IMG/VR virus record: IMGVR_UViG_3300005532_000007
Coordinates: 1-64,000 of that record
Strand: one strand, 5' to 3'
Origin: a virus
DNA: 64,000 nucleotides
Part shown: in pieces, positions 28,025-38,318 of the stretch
How positions within the stretch are numbered: position 1 is the stretch's first letter
Layout of the letters: every line of letters starts with the position of its first letter
Notes under the pieces: generated by a model
The model's database searches: none
The model's input: the letters and a program-made list of their open reading frames with translations, nothing else
What the model was told of the DNA's origin: nothing
Made by a program: the position numbers and the translations under genes

Positions 28025-28318
28025 ATGGCGTGGCTCGCGCACATCCTCGGCATCGACAACGTCTCCGGGGCCTGGTACGCGTTCTGGTCGGGCTTCGGGT
28101 CCGACCTCGGTGAGGTCGCGATCGTCGGGAGCCTGTTGGCGGCGTACCGGCGGCATACCTGCCATGTCGATAGCCCGCGGTTCTGCTGGCGCCCCGGGGT
28201 GCATCCCGTGGAGGGAACGCCGTACAAGGTGTGCAAGCGGCATCATCCGCGCGTTCCGGACGCCGTATCCGCGCATCACATCGCTCAGGCACATCAACAG
28301 GCGAGCGCTGATTCCTAG
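28025..28318 (+). CDS. Small membrane protein with Cys/His motif
   Basis: WYAFWSGFGSD, TM segment, HTCH..CWR..CKRHHP; AGGAGG RBS. Confidence 0.7.
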   Translation: MAWLAHILGIDNVSGAWYAFWSGFGSDLGEVAIVGSLLAAYRRHTCHVDSPRFCWRPGVHPVEGTPYKVCKRHHPRVPDAVSAHHIAQAHQQASADS

Positions 28319-28396
28319 CGGCTGGGTGCAGGAACACGAGCGGCGAGTACCATCGCCTCAGCACTAGTTACAGTCCCTCACAATCAGGAGCACCGC

Positions 28397-28798
28397 ATGT
28401 CTCTGGGTGAACTTCTCGCGGACGCTAAGGACGCGATCTCCCGGCTGCTCACGCACGCCGACCCGCAGGTGACCGCGATCGCCCAGGAGGTGCACGACAA
28501 GGTCGGCGCCGCGCTGGAGCAGGCCGGTGCGGACGCCGCGGCGCTGGGGCACGAGGCGGTCGCGGACGCCGAGCAGCTCGGGCGCGAGGGTTCCGCCGCG
28601 GTCGCGCCGCTCGTGACGGAGGCCGAGCACGACGTGCAGGAGCTCGGCGGCGAGGCCGTGCATGACGCGGAGAGCATCGCGCAGTCGGCGGCCTCACCGC
28701 AGCAGGCCGCGGCCACCGAGCCCGCCCCCGCGCCGACCCCGGAGGCGCCGGCCGAGGGCGCCGCTCCCGAGGCCGAGCCGTCCGCGCCGACCGCATAA
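28397..28798 (+). CDS. Acidic helical hypothetical protein
   Basis: AGGAG RBS, amphipathic repeats. Confidence 0.7.
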   Translation: MSLGELLADAKDAISRLLTHADPQVTAIAQEVHDKVGAALEQAGADAAALGHEAVADAEQLGREGSAAVAPLVTEAEHDVQELGGEAVHDAESIAQSAASPQQAAATEPAPAPTPEAPAEGAAPEAEPSAPTA

Positions 28799-28821
28799 CG
28801 GCGGCAGCGCCACACATCTGT

Positions 28822-28857
28822 ACGGGCCACCGCCACCATCCCCGGGCGGTGGCCCGT
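28822..28857 (+). terminator. Perfect 13-bp hairpin before the lysis genes
   Basis: acgggccaccgcc / ggcggtggcccgt. Confidence 0.55.
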
Positions 28858-28882
28858 CACATACCCCCGGAAGGAGCCGCCG

Positions 28883-29677
28883 GTGAGCAGGAGCATGTAT
28901 GACGGCGTGGACGCCTCGAGGCTGCCCGCCGGCGCGCAGCTCGTCGCCGGCTACGTCGACGGCCTCTACGCGTGGTCCGACGCGGACTGGGCGAGGTTCC
29001 CGAACTCGGTGAAGGTCCGCATCGCCTGCTTCGCCGACACCGACGACGGCGAGGTCCTGGACGTCGAACCCGGCAACGCCACCCCGGCCGAATCAGTGGA
29101 CTGGGTTCTGATGCGGCGGCGCGCCGGAGCGGACCCGACCGTGTACATGAACACGTCCACCTGGCCCACCGTGCGTTCCGCGTTCGCCGCGCGGAACGTG
29201 GCCGAACCGCACTACTGGGTCGCGCAGTACGACGGCGTCGCCACGCTGCCCGCCGGGGCGCACGCCAAGCAGTACTACAACAACGACCAGGCCGGATACG
29301 ACCTGTCCGTGGTCGCGGACTACTGGCCCGGCATCGACCGCGCACCCGCCGGGGGCGCCGCTGTGAACCTGACCCCCGCGGACACGCGCAGGAGGAACGA
29401 CATGCACGTCGACCTGAAGCCGAACACCCCCGTGGTGTTCACCAACCCGGCCGCCGCGCTCGGCGGCACCTCCACGCTGCTGCTCGCCTCCGACTTCGGC
29501 GACGCGACCGTGCGGGTGGCCACGTTCAGTTTCAAGACCGCGAGTTGGACGGTCGTGAACCACGTGATCGGCAGCAAGGGCGGCGCGTTCAGCATGCCGA
29601 TGCCGCCGGATACCAACAAGGTCAGTGTGGTGTTGCAGACCGATGGTGTGCCCGTCGGCCTGGACGTGCTGGCCTGA
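28883..29677 (+). CDS. Endolysin, GH25-like muramidase
   Basis: MYD, AGYVDG, LDVEPG, PTVY, YWVAQY, AKQY, YDLSVV; upstream of a holin-like gene. Confidence 0.75.
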   Translation: MSRSMYDGVDASRLPAGAQLVAGYVDGLYAWSDADWARFPNSVKVRIACFADTDDGEVLDVEPGNATPAESVDWVLMRRRAGADPTVYMNTSTWPTVRSAFAARNVAEPHYWVAQYDGVATLPAGAHAKQYYNNDQAGYDLSVVADYWPGIDRAPAGGAAVNLTPADTRRRNDMHVDLKPNTPVVFTNPAAALGGTSTLLLASDFGDATVRVATFSFKTASWTVVNHVIGSKGGAFSMPMPPDTNKVSVVLQTDGVPVGLDVLA

Positions 29678-29678
29678 C

Positions 29679-29987
29679 ATGGCCACCGTCGCGGGAGACA
29701 GCCGCGGCCCGGTGCGCCAAGCGATCGACCAGGAAGCAGCGCACTACCACCCGTGGGCGCAACTGGCCTGGTTCCTCACCTTATTCACGGGTGCGCTGAT
29801 CATGCAGCTGTTCGGCGGTGCACACGTGGCCGGGTGGGCGGATCTGCGTTCCCTTTTAGTGAGCTGCGCCGGGATCGCGTGGAAGCAGTGGCGCAAGACC
29901 CTACCGGTGAAAACTGCGCAGCGCGTCGCGACAGAACACGAACAGGCCTGCGCCGGGCGTGATCCAGCAAACCCAGCAACACCGTAA
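29679..29987 (+). CDS. Putative holin
   Basis: Two hydrophobic segments and a basic C-terminal region; follows the endolysin. Confidence 0.6.
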   Translation: MATVAGDSRGPVRQAIDQEAAHYHPWAQLAWFLTLFTGALIMQLFGGAHVAGWADLRSLLVSCAGIAWKQWRKTLPVKTAQRVATEHEQACAGRDPANPATP

Positions 29988-29997
29988 AAGGAGCCCG

Positions 29998-30213
29998 GTG
30001 AATGGCGACCCGCCGCGCAACCTCACTCTGGCCGAACTGTGGCGGATGCTTCAAGCCCTCACCGAACGCCTCCAGAAAGCCGAGGACGCGATCGAAGAAC
30101 TGGAGAAACGCGGCCGCTGGACGCGCGCCGAGGTCATGCAGTTCGTATCGGTGGCGATCGCGGCGCTGGTAGTGGTGTGGAGCGTGTACACGGCGACGAA
30201 GGGTGCGAAGTGA
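29998..30213 (+). CDS. Coiled-coil protein with C-terminal TM (lysis cassette)
   Basis: AAGGAG RBS; coiled coil followed by one TM. Confidence 0.65.
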   Translation: MNGDPPRNLTLAELWRMLQALTERLQKAEDAIEELEKRGRWTRAEVMQFVSVAIAALVVVWSVYTATKGAK

Positions 30214-31076
30214 GCGGGCCGGGTCTGACGCGTAGTCGGCGGCGCTGGCGCGCGGCTGGTGTGGTGCTGCTGGTGGTGGTCGCCGGGTACGCGGTGTGGG
30301 GTATCCGGCAGTTGCAGGAGGCGAACGCGTCGCGGGACCGGGCGATCAGTGCTCTGTCGGTGCAGGTGGAGGCCTACCGGTCGCAGGCGGCTCAGCATGG
30401 GTTGCCGACGGGGCCGCCTCCGGTGCAGATCGTGCAGGGCGCGACGGGCGCGGCGGGTCCGCAGGGCGTGGCGGGGGCGCCGGGGATGCCGGGAGCCGCG
30501 GGCAGTCCTGGGCCGCGTGGCGAAACCGGTCCGGCCGGCAGTCCAGGTCCGGTCGGGCCAAGCGGCCCCGCTGGCGCTGCCGGTCCAGCCGGACCGGCCG
30601 GTGCGCAAGGCGAACCCGGGCCGGTGGGACCTCAAGGCGAGCCGGGCCCCGCTGGCCCGAGCGGCCCACCGGGGCCTGCCTGCCCGGACGGGTACAGCCA
30701 GCAACCGGAGAAGATCAACGGGCATGAGGCGCTGGTGTGCGAGGTGACACCGTCGCCGTCGCCCACCGGATCAGCCAGCGCTTCCGCGTCGCCGCCGTCC
30801 GCGTCTCCGACTCCTGTGCTGTCGACACCGGCACCGTCGGCCCAGCGCCGCGCGGCCGCACAACCGAGCCCGGCAGCCGTGATGGCGCGCAGTGCGCGCG
30901 TGGACATGGCCCCGGCCGCCGACGTGACGCCCACTTGCCCTGCCCCGGGTGCGCCGTCGCCGTCCACGCCGTCAGGTCCCGGGCCGCTCGCGCCGCTGAG
31001 CCTGTCGGATCCCGCGGCCCGGGTGCGGCGGATCGTGCCGGGGCCGGGTCAGCCGGTGTGGCCCACGGCGGCGTAG
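30210..31076 (+). CDS. Membrane-anchored collagen-like protein
   Basis: N-terminal TM, (Gly-X-Y)n tract, CPDGY..LVC motif as in actinophage lysis cassettes. Confidence 0.8.
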   Translation: MSGPGLTRSRRRWRAAGVVLLVVVAGYAVWGIRQLQEANASRDRAISALSVQVEAYRSQAAQHGLPTGPPPVQIVQGATGAAGPQGVAGAPGMPGAAGSPGPRGETGPAGSPGPVGPSGPAGAAGPAGPAGAQGEPGPVGPQGEPGPAGPSGPPGPACPDGYSQQPEKINGHEALVCEVTPSPSPTGSASASASPPSASPTPVLSTPAPSAQRRAAAQPSPAAVMARSARVDMAPAADVTPTCPAPGAPSPSTPSGPGPLAPLSLSDPAARVRRIVPGPGQPVWPTAA

Positions 31077-31579
31077 GCCAGGCCGTTCTTCGCGGCACGG
31101 CCTTCGTTCATCAGCTGCACGAGGGTCGCGCCGAGCAGGGTGCCGGTGATGCCAGTGTCTCTGGCGATGGTTTTGGAGTCGCTGGCGCCGTGGGCGCGCA
31201 GGTAGGCGAGGATCACTTGGTCGGGGCTCAGGTCGGCCTCGTCCTCGGCGTCGGCTTCGGCAGGCTCGTCGGCGGTGGCCGGTCCGGGCAGGCTGGTGAC
31301 GAAGCCCTCGTCCTGCGGGGTCGTGACGTGCTCCAGGAGCGTCTGCTCGTCGTAGACCGTGCCCAGCAGGGTGTGCGCGGCGCCGGCGCTGCTGGTCATG
31401 CCGAGGGCGGCCGCGAGCCGCTGGACGTCGACCGGCCCGTCTACGGAGAGCACGACGTACGGGGTGCCGTCGACTTTGAGGAAGCCCTGGATTTTGGTGA
31501 GGGTCGCCATTTCGCGCTTGTGTTGCGCGGTCGGCGCGGCCGGGGCCTGTTCGGTCTCAGCCGTCGGGGTGGTGGTCAC
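31049..31579 (-). CDS. Hypothetical protein with C-terminal winged HTH
   Basis: [28 protein letters not shown]. Confidence 0.7.
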   Translation of the reverse strand: MTTTPTAETEQAPAAPTAQHKREMATLTKIQGFLKVDGTPYVVLSVDGPVDVQRLAAALGMTSSAGAAHTLLGTVYDEQTLLEHVTTPQDEGFVTSLPGPATADEPAEADAEDEADLSPDQVILAYLRAHGASDSKTIARDTGITGTLLGATLVQLMNEGRAAKNGLAYAAVGHTG

Positions 31580-31607
31580 GGTGGCTCCCGGCGGTATCGG
31601 TGGGACG

Positions 31608-31644
31608 AAAAACGGCCCCGGCCACGTGGGGCGGCCGGGGCCGT
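31608..31644 (-). terminator. Intrinsic terminator
   Basis: 11-bp GC stem followed by TTTTT on the minus strand. Confidence 0.65.
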
Positions 31645-31833
31645 GTGCGCGAGGCGAAGTTGCTGTGGGATCCGGGTCCGCAATGGCCCCGCGTCGCGCC
31701 TGTTGAGGATATCGCGTGCGGCGTGGGCGAGCCCCGTACGCCGGGGGGAAGGACGTGACGGGGCTCGCGATCCGGATCCAGGACCCACGGTAGCGGGCAC
31801 AGCGCCGCCAGATGGAGCAGTTGAGCGCGGCGC

Positions 31834-32664
31834 CTACAGATACTGCCCAGTACCCCGCTCGGCGTCAGGCTCCGGTTCCCGGGAACCGACGCCCCACGCC
31901 GGGGCGAGCAGTGCCGCCGTGGCCGGGTCGTTGCCCAGCGCGGCGCGGGCCTCCGGACCCAGCTGCAGCAGCTCGCGTAGCGACGCGCCGATCGCCGGGC
32001 CGGTCCAGCGGGCCCCGGCCTGCTGCGCGTATGGGTCGTAGCCCAGGGCCATCGCGGTCTGCGCGCGCAGTGCCTCGCGCTGGGTGCGGGCGTTCTCTTT
32101 GATCCGGGTGCGTTCGATCGCGGCGTCGGCCCGCACTTGTTCGACAGTGATCGTGGTCGCGGCCTCGATCTGTTTGTGGCTCAAATCGGCGGCCCGCTGT
32201 GCCCGGCGTTCGGCGTCGCCGCGGCCGAGCAGGTGCCGCACGGATCCGGCGACCACGGCGGCGACCACGGCCCAGCCGACACGCAGCCACGGGTTGGTGG
32301 TGTACGCGCCGATCCCGAATTCGACGGCGCCGGCGGTCACGCCGAGGCAGGTGGCGGCGAGCCCCGGGTGGCGGCGCACCAGCACACCGCAGGCGCAGCT
32401 GGCGCCGGCAACCAGTCCCGCGATCACGGCGTCGCCTGCTGAGTGCGCGGCTCCGCCGGCGGATGCGCTGAAGGATGCCGCGAGGATGGCGGCGGGAGCG
32501 ATCGAGGGTGGCCCGGCGGCGCGCAGGGCACGCCACAGCCAGCCGCCTGCGGGTTGAGCCGCGCCCTGAGCAACTGGATAGGTTCCGTCGTGATGCTGGT
32601 ACGAGCTCGGCGCCCACGGTGCCTCGTACGGCGCGGGCAGCCGGCTGCCAGGGGTGTGGTTCAT
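31834..32664 (-). CDS. Multi-TM membrane protein with coiled coil (Spd-like)
   Basis: About four hydrophobic segments; translationally coupled to the TraB-like gene. Confidence 0.65.
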   Translation of the reverse strand: MNHTPGSRLPAPYEAPWAPSSYQHHDGTYPVAQGAAQPAGGWLWRALRAAGPPSIAPAAILAASFSASAGGAAHSAGDAVIAGLVAGASCACGVLVRRHPGLAATCLGVTAGAVEFGIGAYTTNPWLRVGWAVVAAVVAGSVRHLLGRGDAERRAQRAADLSHKQIEAATTITVEQVRADAAIERTRIKENARTQREALRAQTAMALGYDPYAQQAGARWTGPAIGASLRELLQLGPEARAALGNDPATAALLAPAWGVGSREPEPDAERGTGQYL

Positions 32665-34727
32665 GCTGCTGCTCCGTCCAGGACAGTGGCGCCGTTTCGC
32701 TGCGCGGCCGGGGCGAGGTATTTCGCCAGGGTCCAGCGGCCGGTGCCGGGTTCCTGGACGGCGCCGTTGCGCTGTAGGGCGTTTATCACGGCCGTGTCGG
32801 TGGCGCCGACCGCGGCGGCGATGTCGCATACGCGTTGCGGGTCGCCGGTGAACTCGAGGAACTGCTCCACGCGCGGCCAGGTCTCGCCGCGGGCCGGCTT
32901 GGTCTTCACGGTGATCGGCGTTGCCGATGCGTTTGCCGCAGGGGCGGCGTGCTCCGGTGCTGGTTGCGGTGCCGCGGCGCGGGTGTTCGCGGCGACCAGC
33001 GCGGGGTCGCGCAGCTGCCGGGCGAACAGTTCGCGCAGCGCGGCCGCCTGCTCGACGTGCGCCGAGCGGCCCGTGGCCAGCCAGCGGGCATCGGACTGCA
33101 CGAAACGGATCGGCTGCCCGACCTCATCGCCGCCCGACGCCCGATAACCCAGGCCGCCGGTCGGCGAGCCGTCCGCGAAATGCGCCTGCAGTCCGCGCGG
33201 ATCCACCCCGGCCACGCCGGGCGCCATGTTCAGCTTCGTCGCCAGACTCCCGCCACGCAGCAGGAACTTGTCCCCGGACACCAGGGCGTCGCGCAGCGTG
33301 TGGCTCGTGAGCACGTCCTCCGCGACCGAGATCGACAGGACGGTCAGGCGCACTGCCGCCTTACGGCCGCCCTCGGCGAGCTCCTCCAGCAGCCCGAGGA
33401 TCTTCTTGTCGCGGCGCATCAGCGTCGGGACCTCGTCGATGTACCCGGACACCAGCGGCCGCTCAAAGGTGGGCCGGATCAGGTCGATGCCCTCGGCGGC
33501 CATCTGCCCGACCCGGGTGCGCAGCACCTGCACCATCGCCTCGAGGCTCAGGCGGATCTGCACGTACAGGTCCTCGATCGGCAGCGGGCGCGCGAACAGG
33601 TCGAGCTTGTCCAGCCACCCGGCGTAGGAGGCGCCGGCGTGCGGGTCGAGCACCCACGGCGCCACCACGGGACGCCCGTGCTCGTCCGTGGTGTGCATGT
33701 CCAGGGTCAGCAGGGTGCGCGCGAGCTGGCTCTTGCCCGAGCCGGTCGAGCCGACGGCGACACGGTGTGGTGAGCCGAATCCGTCGATCCACACCCGGTA
33801 GGGCTGGTATTCGCCGGTGACGGTGCGGGCTAGCTGCGGGTGGGTGAACGAACCGGGCTGCGCGACGCGCTCGAGGCGGGCGGTGGCCTGCAGCGGGTTG
33901 CGTTCGAACACGTACAGGCGGGCGGTGCCGTCCGGGCGTGGCTGCGCGATGACGTTCGCCGGGTGGATCGCGGCGCGGCCGTCGCCGACGCCGGTGTACG
34001 CCTGCGCGATCAGATCGGTGTGCTCGATCAGCATCGCGGGCCGCTGCCGCACGGGCCCCTTGCCGAGGTTGAAGCGCACGGTGGCGGCGAACGCGAACCC
34101 GCCGGTGTCACTGAGCCGCTCGATCTGGTCGAGGGCGGTGCGGGGGAACTGGCCGCCCTCGCAGGCGAAACCCTCCTCCCACACATCCGCGATCAGGCGG
34201 GTGAACGCGTCGCGCGGATCGGCTGGGTCTTGCTGCTCGCCAGCAGACGGCTGGGTTTCGGCCGCGGCCGGGGCTGCGGGCGCTGCGGGCACGAGGCGGC
34301 GCAGCCACCAGGCGAGCGACAGCGGCGCGGTCAGCGTCCCGAACAGGATCAGCATGCTCTCGTGCAGCGGAGAGACCGCGCTGGCGCACGCGAGATACGT
34401 GATGGAGGAGGACGCGAGCGCGGCCTGATAGAGGCGGTGCGCGTTGGCCAGCGGGCGGCCGTTGCGTTTGCGCCACAGCCGGTGCGCGGCGTGCCCGCCG
34501 AGCGCCGCCGCCGTGGCGGCGCCCAAACCGAGCGCGTCGGTGACCCCGGTGACGCGGTGTGCTTCGCATCCGGCGGCGAACAGCACAGCCGCGCCGGTGA
34601 CGGGCGCGTAGGCGGCGCGGTGACGCCAGTAGTGGCGTGCGGCCTTCCCGGGCGCGGTGTCGGCGAACTTCACCGGCGCTGCGGCCGGTGCCGGCAGCAC
34701 GGGAAGGTTCTGGCTCGGGCGGCCCAT
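32661..34727 (-). CDS. TraB-like FtsK/SpoIIIE-family DNA translocase
   Basis: N-terminal TM segments, Walker A GSTGSGKS, Walker B YIDE, GRKAAV motif, GLGY, C-terminal winged helix. Confidence 0.82.
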   Translation of the reverse strand: MGRPSQNLPVLPAPAAAPVKFADTAPGKAARHYWRHRAAYAPVTGAAVLFAAGCEAHRVTGVTDALGLGAATAAALGGHAAHRLWRKRNGRPLANAHRLYQAALASSSITYLACASAVSPLHESMLILFGTLTAPLSLAWWLRRLVPAAPAAPAAAETQPSAGEQQDPADPRDAFTRLIADVWEEGFACEGGQFPRTALDQIERLSDTGGFAFAATVRFNLGKGPVRQRPAMLIEHTDLIAQAYTGVGDGRAAIHPANVIAQPRPDGTARLYVFERNPLQATARLERVAQPGSFTHPQLARTVTGEYQPYRVWIDGFGSPHRVAVGSTGSGKSQLARTLLTLDMHTTDEHGRPVVAPWVLDPHAGASYAGWLDKLDLFARPLPIEDLYVQIRLSLEAMVQVLRTRVGQMAAEGIDLIRPTFERPLVSGYIDEVPTLMRRDKKILGLLEELAEGGRKAAVRLTVLSISVAEDVLTSHTLRDALVSGDKFLLRGGSLATKLNMAPGVAGVDPRGLQAHFADGSPTGGLGYRASGGDEVGQPIRFVQSDARWLATGRSAHVEQAAALRELFARQLRDPALVAANTRAAAPQPAPEHAAPAANASATPITVKTKPARGETWPRVEQFLEFTGDPQRVCDIAAAVGATDTAVINALQRNGAVQEPGTGRWTLAKYLAPAAQRNGATVLDGAAA

Positions 34728-34771
34728 GATCCTGGCTCCTTCTAGTGGTGCGGTCGGTCGGATGCGGATGG

Positions 34772-36001
34772 TTAGGCCAGCAGGAAGTCGTGGTCAGCCG
34801 AGCCGTGCCCGACGCGCGCCGTCTCGTCGCGGAACCCGCCCTGGTGGTTGGCGAGCGTCGCGCGCACCTGCCCGGCGACCTGCGCTGCGTTCTCCGCGTC
34901 ACCCTGCACGCCCGGCATGAGCGCAGCCAGGGACGCTTCCATCTGCGCGATCTGGTCGCTCAGTTGCGCGGCCTGCGCGGCCTTGGCGGCCATCGCCTGG
35001 TAGACCTGCACGCTGTCGGCCATGGCGCCGACGGAGGCCTGGTCCACGCCGCGTTCGGCGGCGTTCTGGGTGCTGGCGGCCCACGCCGCGGCGGCCTGCC
35101 GGGCGGACGCGGCCAGCGCGTCGAGTGCCTGCGCGCGGGCGCCGGCGGAGGCGGCGCGGTTGGTGGCGATCGCGGCGTGCTGCCCGGCCTGACCGCTGAT
35201 CTGGGTGGCGGCCTCGGCGCTACCGGAGGCGGCGGTCATGACTTGGCTGTAGGTCTCGGCAGCGGCGGGGGCGAGTTCATTGGCCATGGTTGTTCCGATC
35301 TGTGCGATGGGGATGTTCGTGGTGGGGATGCCGCGCGGTGCGCGCGGGAAAATGCCGTCGATAGTCGGGTCGTGAACAACCTCGGCGTCGGCGACATCCG
35401 CGGGTTCGGCGCGAGCCGTGGGGGCATCGGCAGCGTCGTCGACGATCTCGCCGTCCGCCGTGTCGCCGTCCTTCCAGTCGGCGGCGCGCGGCGGGGCACC
35501 TCCCGCCGGGCCGGGACCCGGCCGGGAGCCACCGAACCGGCGTCCGGCTCGATCGAACGGGCCGCGCGGCCACGATCCGGTAAAGCCGCCGCGGGTGCGG
35601 TCACCGGCCGGGCCGCTCGCCGCGTCAGGCTCGTCGCCGCTACTCGTCGGCCGTGTGCCTTCGCGCGGGGCGCCCGGTTCGCGAGCGGGCCCGCCCAGGG
35701 CGCCGCGTGCGGCGCGCTTGGCCAGGTGCCAGCCGTCCACACCGGCCGCCCAACCGAACCCGGCGCCCAGCGCCAGGGCCCAGCCGATGCCCCGCGCGCC
35801 GAGATCCGCGAGCACCGATCCGGCGCCCGGGCCGCCCGGTTGCGCGGGGAACGCGTGGCGCAGCGCAGCGGCGATGCGCTGCGCTGACGCGGGCACCCGC
35901 TCGCTGAGCATCTCCCGCCCGTGCCGGACGACGGCGACCAACGACCAGATGATCACCGCGCCGAGTAGCACGCCCCACGCCTGCGCCGCATTGGTCACCA
36001 T
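34772..36001 (-). CDS. Transfer accessory protein (TraA-like position), N-terminal TM plus Ala-rich helical domain
   Basis: Immediately upstream of the TraB-like gene; ends H..F..(A)DHDFL. Confidence 0.55.
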   Translation of the reverse strand: MVTNAAQAWGVLLGAVIIWSLVAVVRHGREMLSERVPASAQRIAAALRHAFPAQPGGPGAGSVLADLGARGIGWALALGAGFGWAAGVDGWHLAKRAARGALGGPAREPGAPREGTRPTSSGDEPDAASGPAGDRTRGGFTGSWPRGPFDRAGRRFGGSRPGPGPAGGAPPRAADWKDGDTADGEIVDDAADAPTARAEPADVADAEVVHDPTIDGIFPRAPRGIPTTNIPIAQIGTTMANELAPAAAETYSQVMTAASGSAEAATQISGQAGQHAAIATNRAASAGARAQALDALAASARQAAAAWAASTQNAAERGVDQASVGAMADSVQVYQAMAAKAAQAAQLSDQIAQMEASLAALMPGVQGDAENAAQVAGQVRATLANHQGGFRDETARVGHGSADHDFLLA

Positions 36002-36008
36002 CGCTGGC

Positions 36009-36635
36009 TCACCCGAGCCCGAACCAAGAGCCGACCAGATGCCCGATCTCCGCCGCGAGCGCGGCGAACGGCACCGCAGCCATCGCTCCGGCCGGTCCGG
36101 GCAGCGTGACGGTCAGCGGGCCGACGCCGATCGCGCCGTACTTCTCGAAGCGGTGCTCGATCCACTGCCAGGACTTGCCGCCGGAGCGGCCCGCGGCGGC
36201 GCCTGGCCCGGCGGTGATGGCCGCGGGCCCGCTGCCGGCGCCGGTCCGCGAGCGGGCGGCCCGACGGCCTTGGACCGCGTCCCACAGGTGCAGGGCCGCC
36301 CACAGCAGCAGCGGGATCTCGATCAACGTCAGGATGCCGACGCTCGAGGGCCAGTTCGACGTGAGCTGCGTGGCGCGCGCCGCGTCGCGCAGCAGGCCCG
36401 CGGACCAGGTGTTGATGCCCTGCAGCAGGCGCGCGCCGGGAGACGCGAACAGGATCGTCGCGCCGGCCGCCATGAGGATCTTGGCGAGCAGGTCGAGGAT
36501 GCGGTGGCGGTGGGCGAGCTTGTGGTGCGCGAACCACGCGATCGCCAGGGTGATAGCGCCGACCGCCGCGGAGACGGCGGCGGTTCCGGCGGACAGTGCG
36601 AGGGTGGCGCTCTGCGCGAGCGCTTGCGGGTGCAT
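36009..36635 (-). CDS. Membrane protein (Spd-like)
   Basis: Multiple TM segments. Confidence 0.65.
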   Translation of the reverse strand: MHPQALAQSATLALSAGTAAVSAAVGAITLAIAWFAHHKLAHRHRILDLLAKILMAAGATILFASPGARLLQGINTWSAGLLRDAARATQLTSNWPSSVGILTLIEIPLLLWAALHLWDAVQGRRAARSRTGAGSGPAAITAGPGAAAGRSGGKSWQWIEHRFEKYGAIGVGPLTVTLPGPAGAMAAVPFAALAAEIGHLVGSWFGLG

Positions 36636-36757
36636 CAGGGGGCTCCGTTTCCGTTTTGACGTGAGTGGATCAGTGCTCTAATCTCGCGCGCGCGGGCGCG
36701 CGCCCGCGTGTAGGACCCGTTTTCGGGCCCGGGGCGGGTGTGAGCGGGGTTGTGAGT

Positions 36758-37087
36758 TCACGTGCCGTACCTCGCGATCACGGCGTCGAGTGCCTTGGTG
36801 GCGGCGGTCAGTGCCCGCTCGTTGTCCAGGGCGCGCACCTGGTCGGCGGCGACTTCGAACAGGGCGCGGGGGCTGTTGGCGGCGCGGTGGCGGCGGTCGG
36901 CGTAGAACGCGGCTCGGCGTGCGGCGCGGCGTTCGGATTTGCGCGGCCGGGCGCCCGCGGTGGGCGCCGGCTCGTCGTGGGTCGTCGAAGAGCGGCTCGC
37001 CGGGGTGGGCGACTCGACGCGTTGCGCGTCGGGTGATTCGCCGAGCCACTGCAACGCCCGCCGCGCCGCGGGTTTACGCGCCGTCAT
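36758..37087 (-). CDS. Hypothetical protein
   Basis: Coupled to the DUF2637 gene; AGGAG RBS. Confidence 0.55.
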   Translation of the reverse strand: MTARKPAARRALQWLGESPDAQRVESPTPASRSSTTHDEPAPTAGARPRKSERRAARRAAFYADRRHRAANSPRALFEVAADQVRALDNERALTAATKALDAVIARYGT

Positions 37088-38226
37088 GAGGCACGCTCCT
37101 GCGGGGTGTCATCCGCGTTGCCGCGGCCGCCGCTCTTGCTGCGTCGGCTGCGTGTCACGCGCACGTAGACCTTGTCAACGGTGACACCCCGTGCGGCGAG
37201 TAGCGCTACGGCGTGTGAGGCGACACGCCCGGGTAGCAGGTCGTCGAGCCGCCGCACGGCTTCGGCCTGTGTCATCTCGTGCCACGCCGGGGGCCCGGCG
37301 GCGTCGAGGACGCGCAGGTCGGCTTCGAGATCGGCGTGCGGCAGGGGTGTCGCTGCGCCCGCGGTCAGGGGCGTCACGGTGGGGCGTGTCGCGCGGGGAC
37401 GGCGGGGTGTCGCGGGAGTGTCGGTGCTACGTGCAGGGCGCGCCGGGGTATCGGCGCCTGCCGTCTCGCCCGTGGCGGTGGGCGTGTCAGTCGCAGGGGT
37501 ATCGCCGCTACGCGTCGCGGCGACCGCGGCGGGGGTGTCGCTTTCGCCGAGGGCGATGGAGAGACGTGTCGCGGCCGATACGTGCCAGCGCCAGGCGCGG
37601 CCGTGTGTATCGCGCAGCGCGGCGATGCGGCCGAGACGTACACGTTCCATCGCGAGGGCGGTGCTGTAGGAGTTCTGGTGCCACAGGATCATGCGCCGCC
37701 ACAGCTTCAGGGTCGGCCACGGCGAAAGCAGCCAGCGCGCCGCCGGGATCGGCTCGCGCAGGCTGCCGCCGTGCCGCAGCGCGGTGCGCCGCACGACGTG
37801 CCGCATGAGTTCGACGAACATCACCCACACGCTGGGCATCAGGACGTGCGCGACGCGGCCGGTGAGGTCTCCGCCGGCGGCGTAGTTGAGCCACACGGTC
37901 CCGAAGGTGGCGCCGTACACGGTCCAGCGCGCGAGCGGGTGGCTCATGCCGAGCCGGTTGAGGACGAGGTCGACGCCGGAGAACACCAGGACGGTCAGGT
38001 CGACGACGAGCGGGACAAGCCACGCCCAGCGGGGCCCGAAGCTGGGGGTCATACGCACGGAGACGGCGTGGAAGGACAGGGCCATGCCGGCGACGGCGAT
38101 GAGGGCGGCGAGGACGCCGATGACGACGGTGACGGTGAGCCAGCCGGGGCCGAGCGGTTCGGGCGTGGGGTCCGGGCCGTTGGGGTCGCGCTGGGTGGTC
38201 ATGGTCGCCTCGCTGGTGGTGGTCAT
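37084..38226 (-). CDS. DUF2637 / SpdA-like membrane protein
   Basis: ALSF, AWLVPLVVD, TVWLN, HVLMP, IPAARWLLSPWPTLKLWRRMILW motifs. Confidence 0.8.
   Translation of the reverse strand: MTTTSEATMTTQRDPNGPDPTPEPLGPGWLTVTVVIGVLAALIAVAGMALSFHAVSVRMTPSFGPRWAWLVPLVVDLTVLVFSGVDLVLNRLGMSHPLARWTVYGATFGTVWLNYAAGGDLTGRVAHVLMPSVWVMFVELMRHVVRRTALRHGGSLREPIPAARWLLSPWPTLKLWRRMILWHQNSYSTALAMERVRLGRIAALRDTHGRAWRWHVSAATRLSIALGESDTPAAVAATRSGDTPATDTPTATGETAGADTPARPARSTDTPATPRRPRATRPTVTPLTAGAATPLPHADLEADLRVLDAAGPPAWHEMTQAEAVRRLDDLLPGRVASHAVALLAARGVTVDKVYVRVTRSRRSKSGGRGNADDTPQERAS
37103..37570. repeat. Cluster of GG(G/C/A)GT(G/A)TC 8-mers, candidate clt/TraB recognition sequences
   Basis: Copies at about 37103, 37344, 37383, 37404, 37415, 37445, 37481, 37496, 37532 (variants 37149, 37368, 37563; inverted 37183, 37222). 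Confidence 0.6.
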
Positions 38227-38318
38227 CGGTCTCGCCTCCTTCGGAACTGGGGGTCAGATGGCGCGGTAGCGGTCGGTTTGCCCGGGCCAGGGGATGCCGT
38301 CCAGGGCGCGGGTCAGGG

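Noticed and set aside
30430-30680. 9-bp periodic repeats
   Set aside because: Collagen Gly-X-Y coding, not a CRISPR array or iterons
32661-34727. Host cell-division FtsK or type VII secretion ATPase
   Set aside because: Single divergent ATPase domain in a mobile context with Spd/Kor-like neighbours and no ESX or division genes
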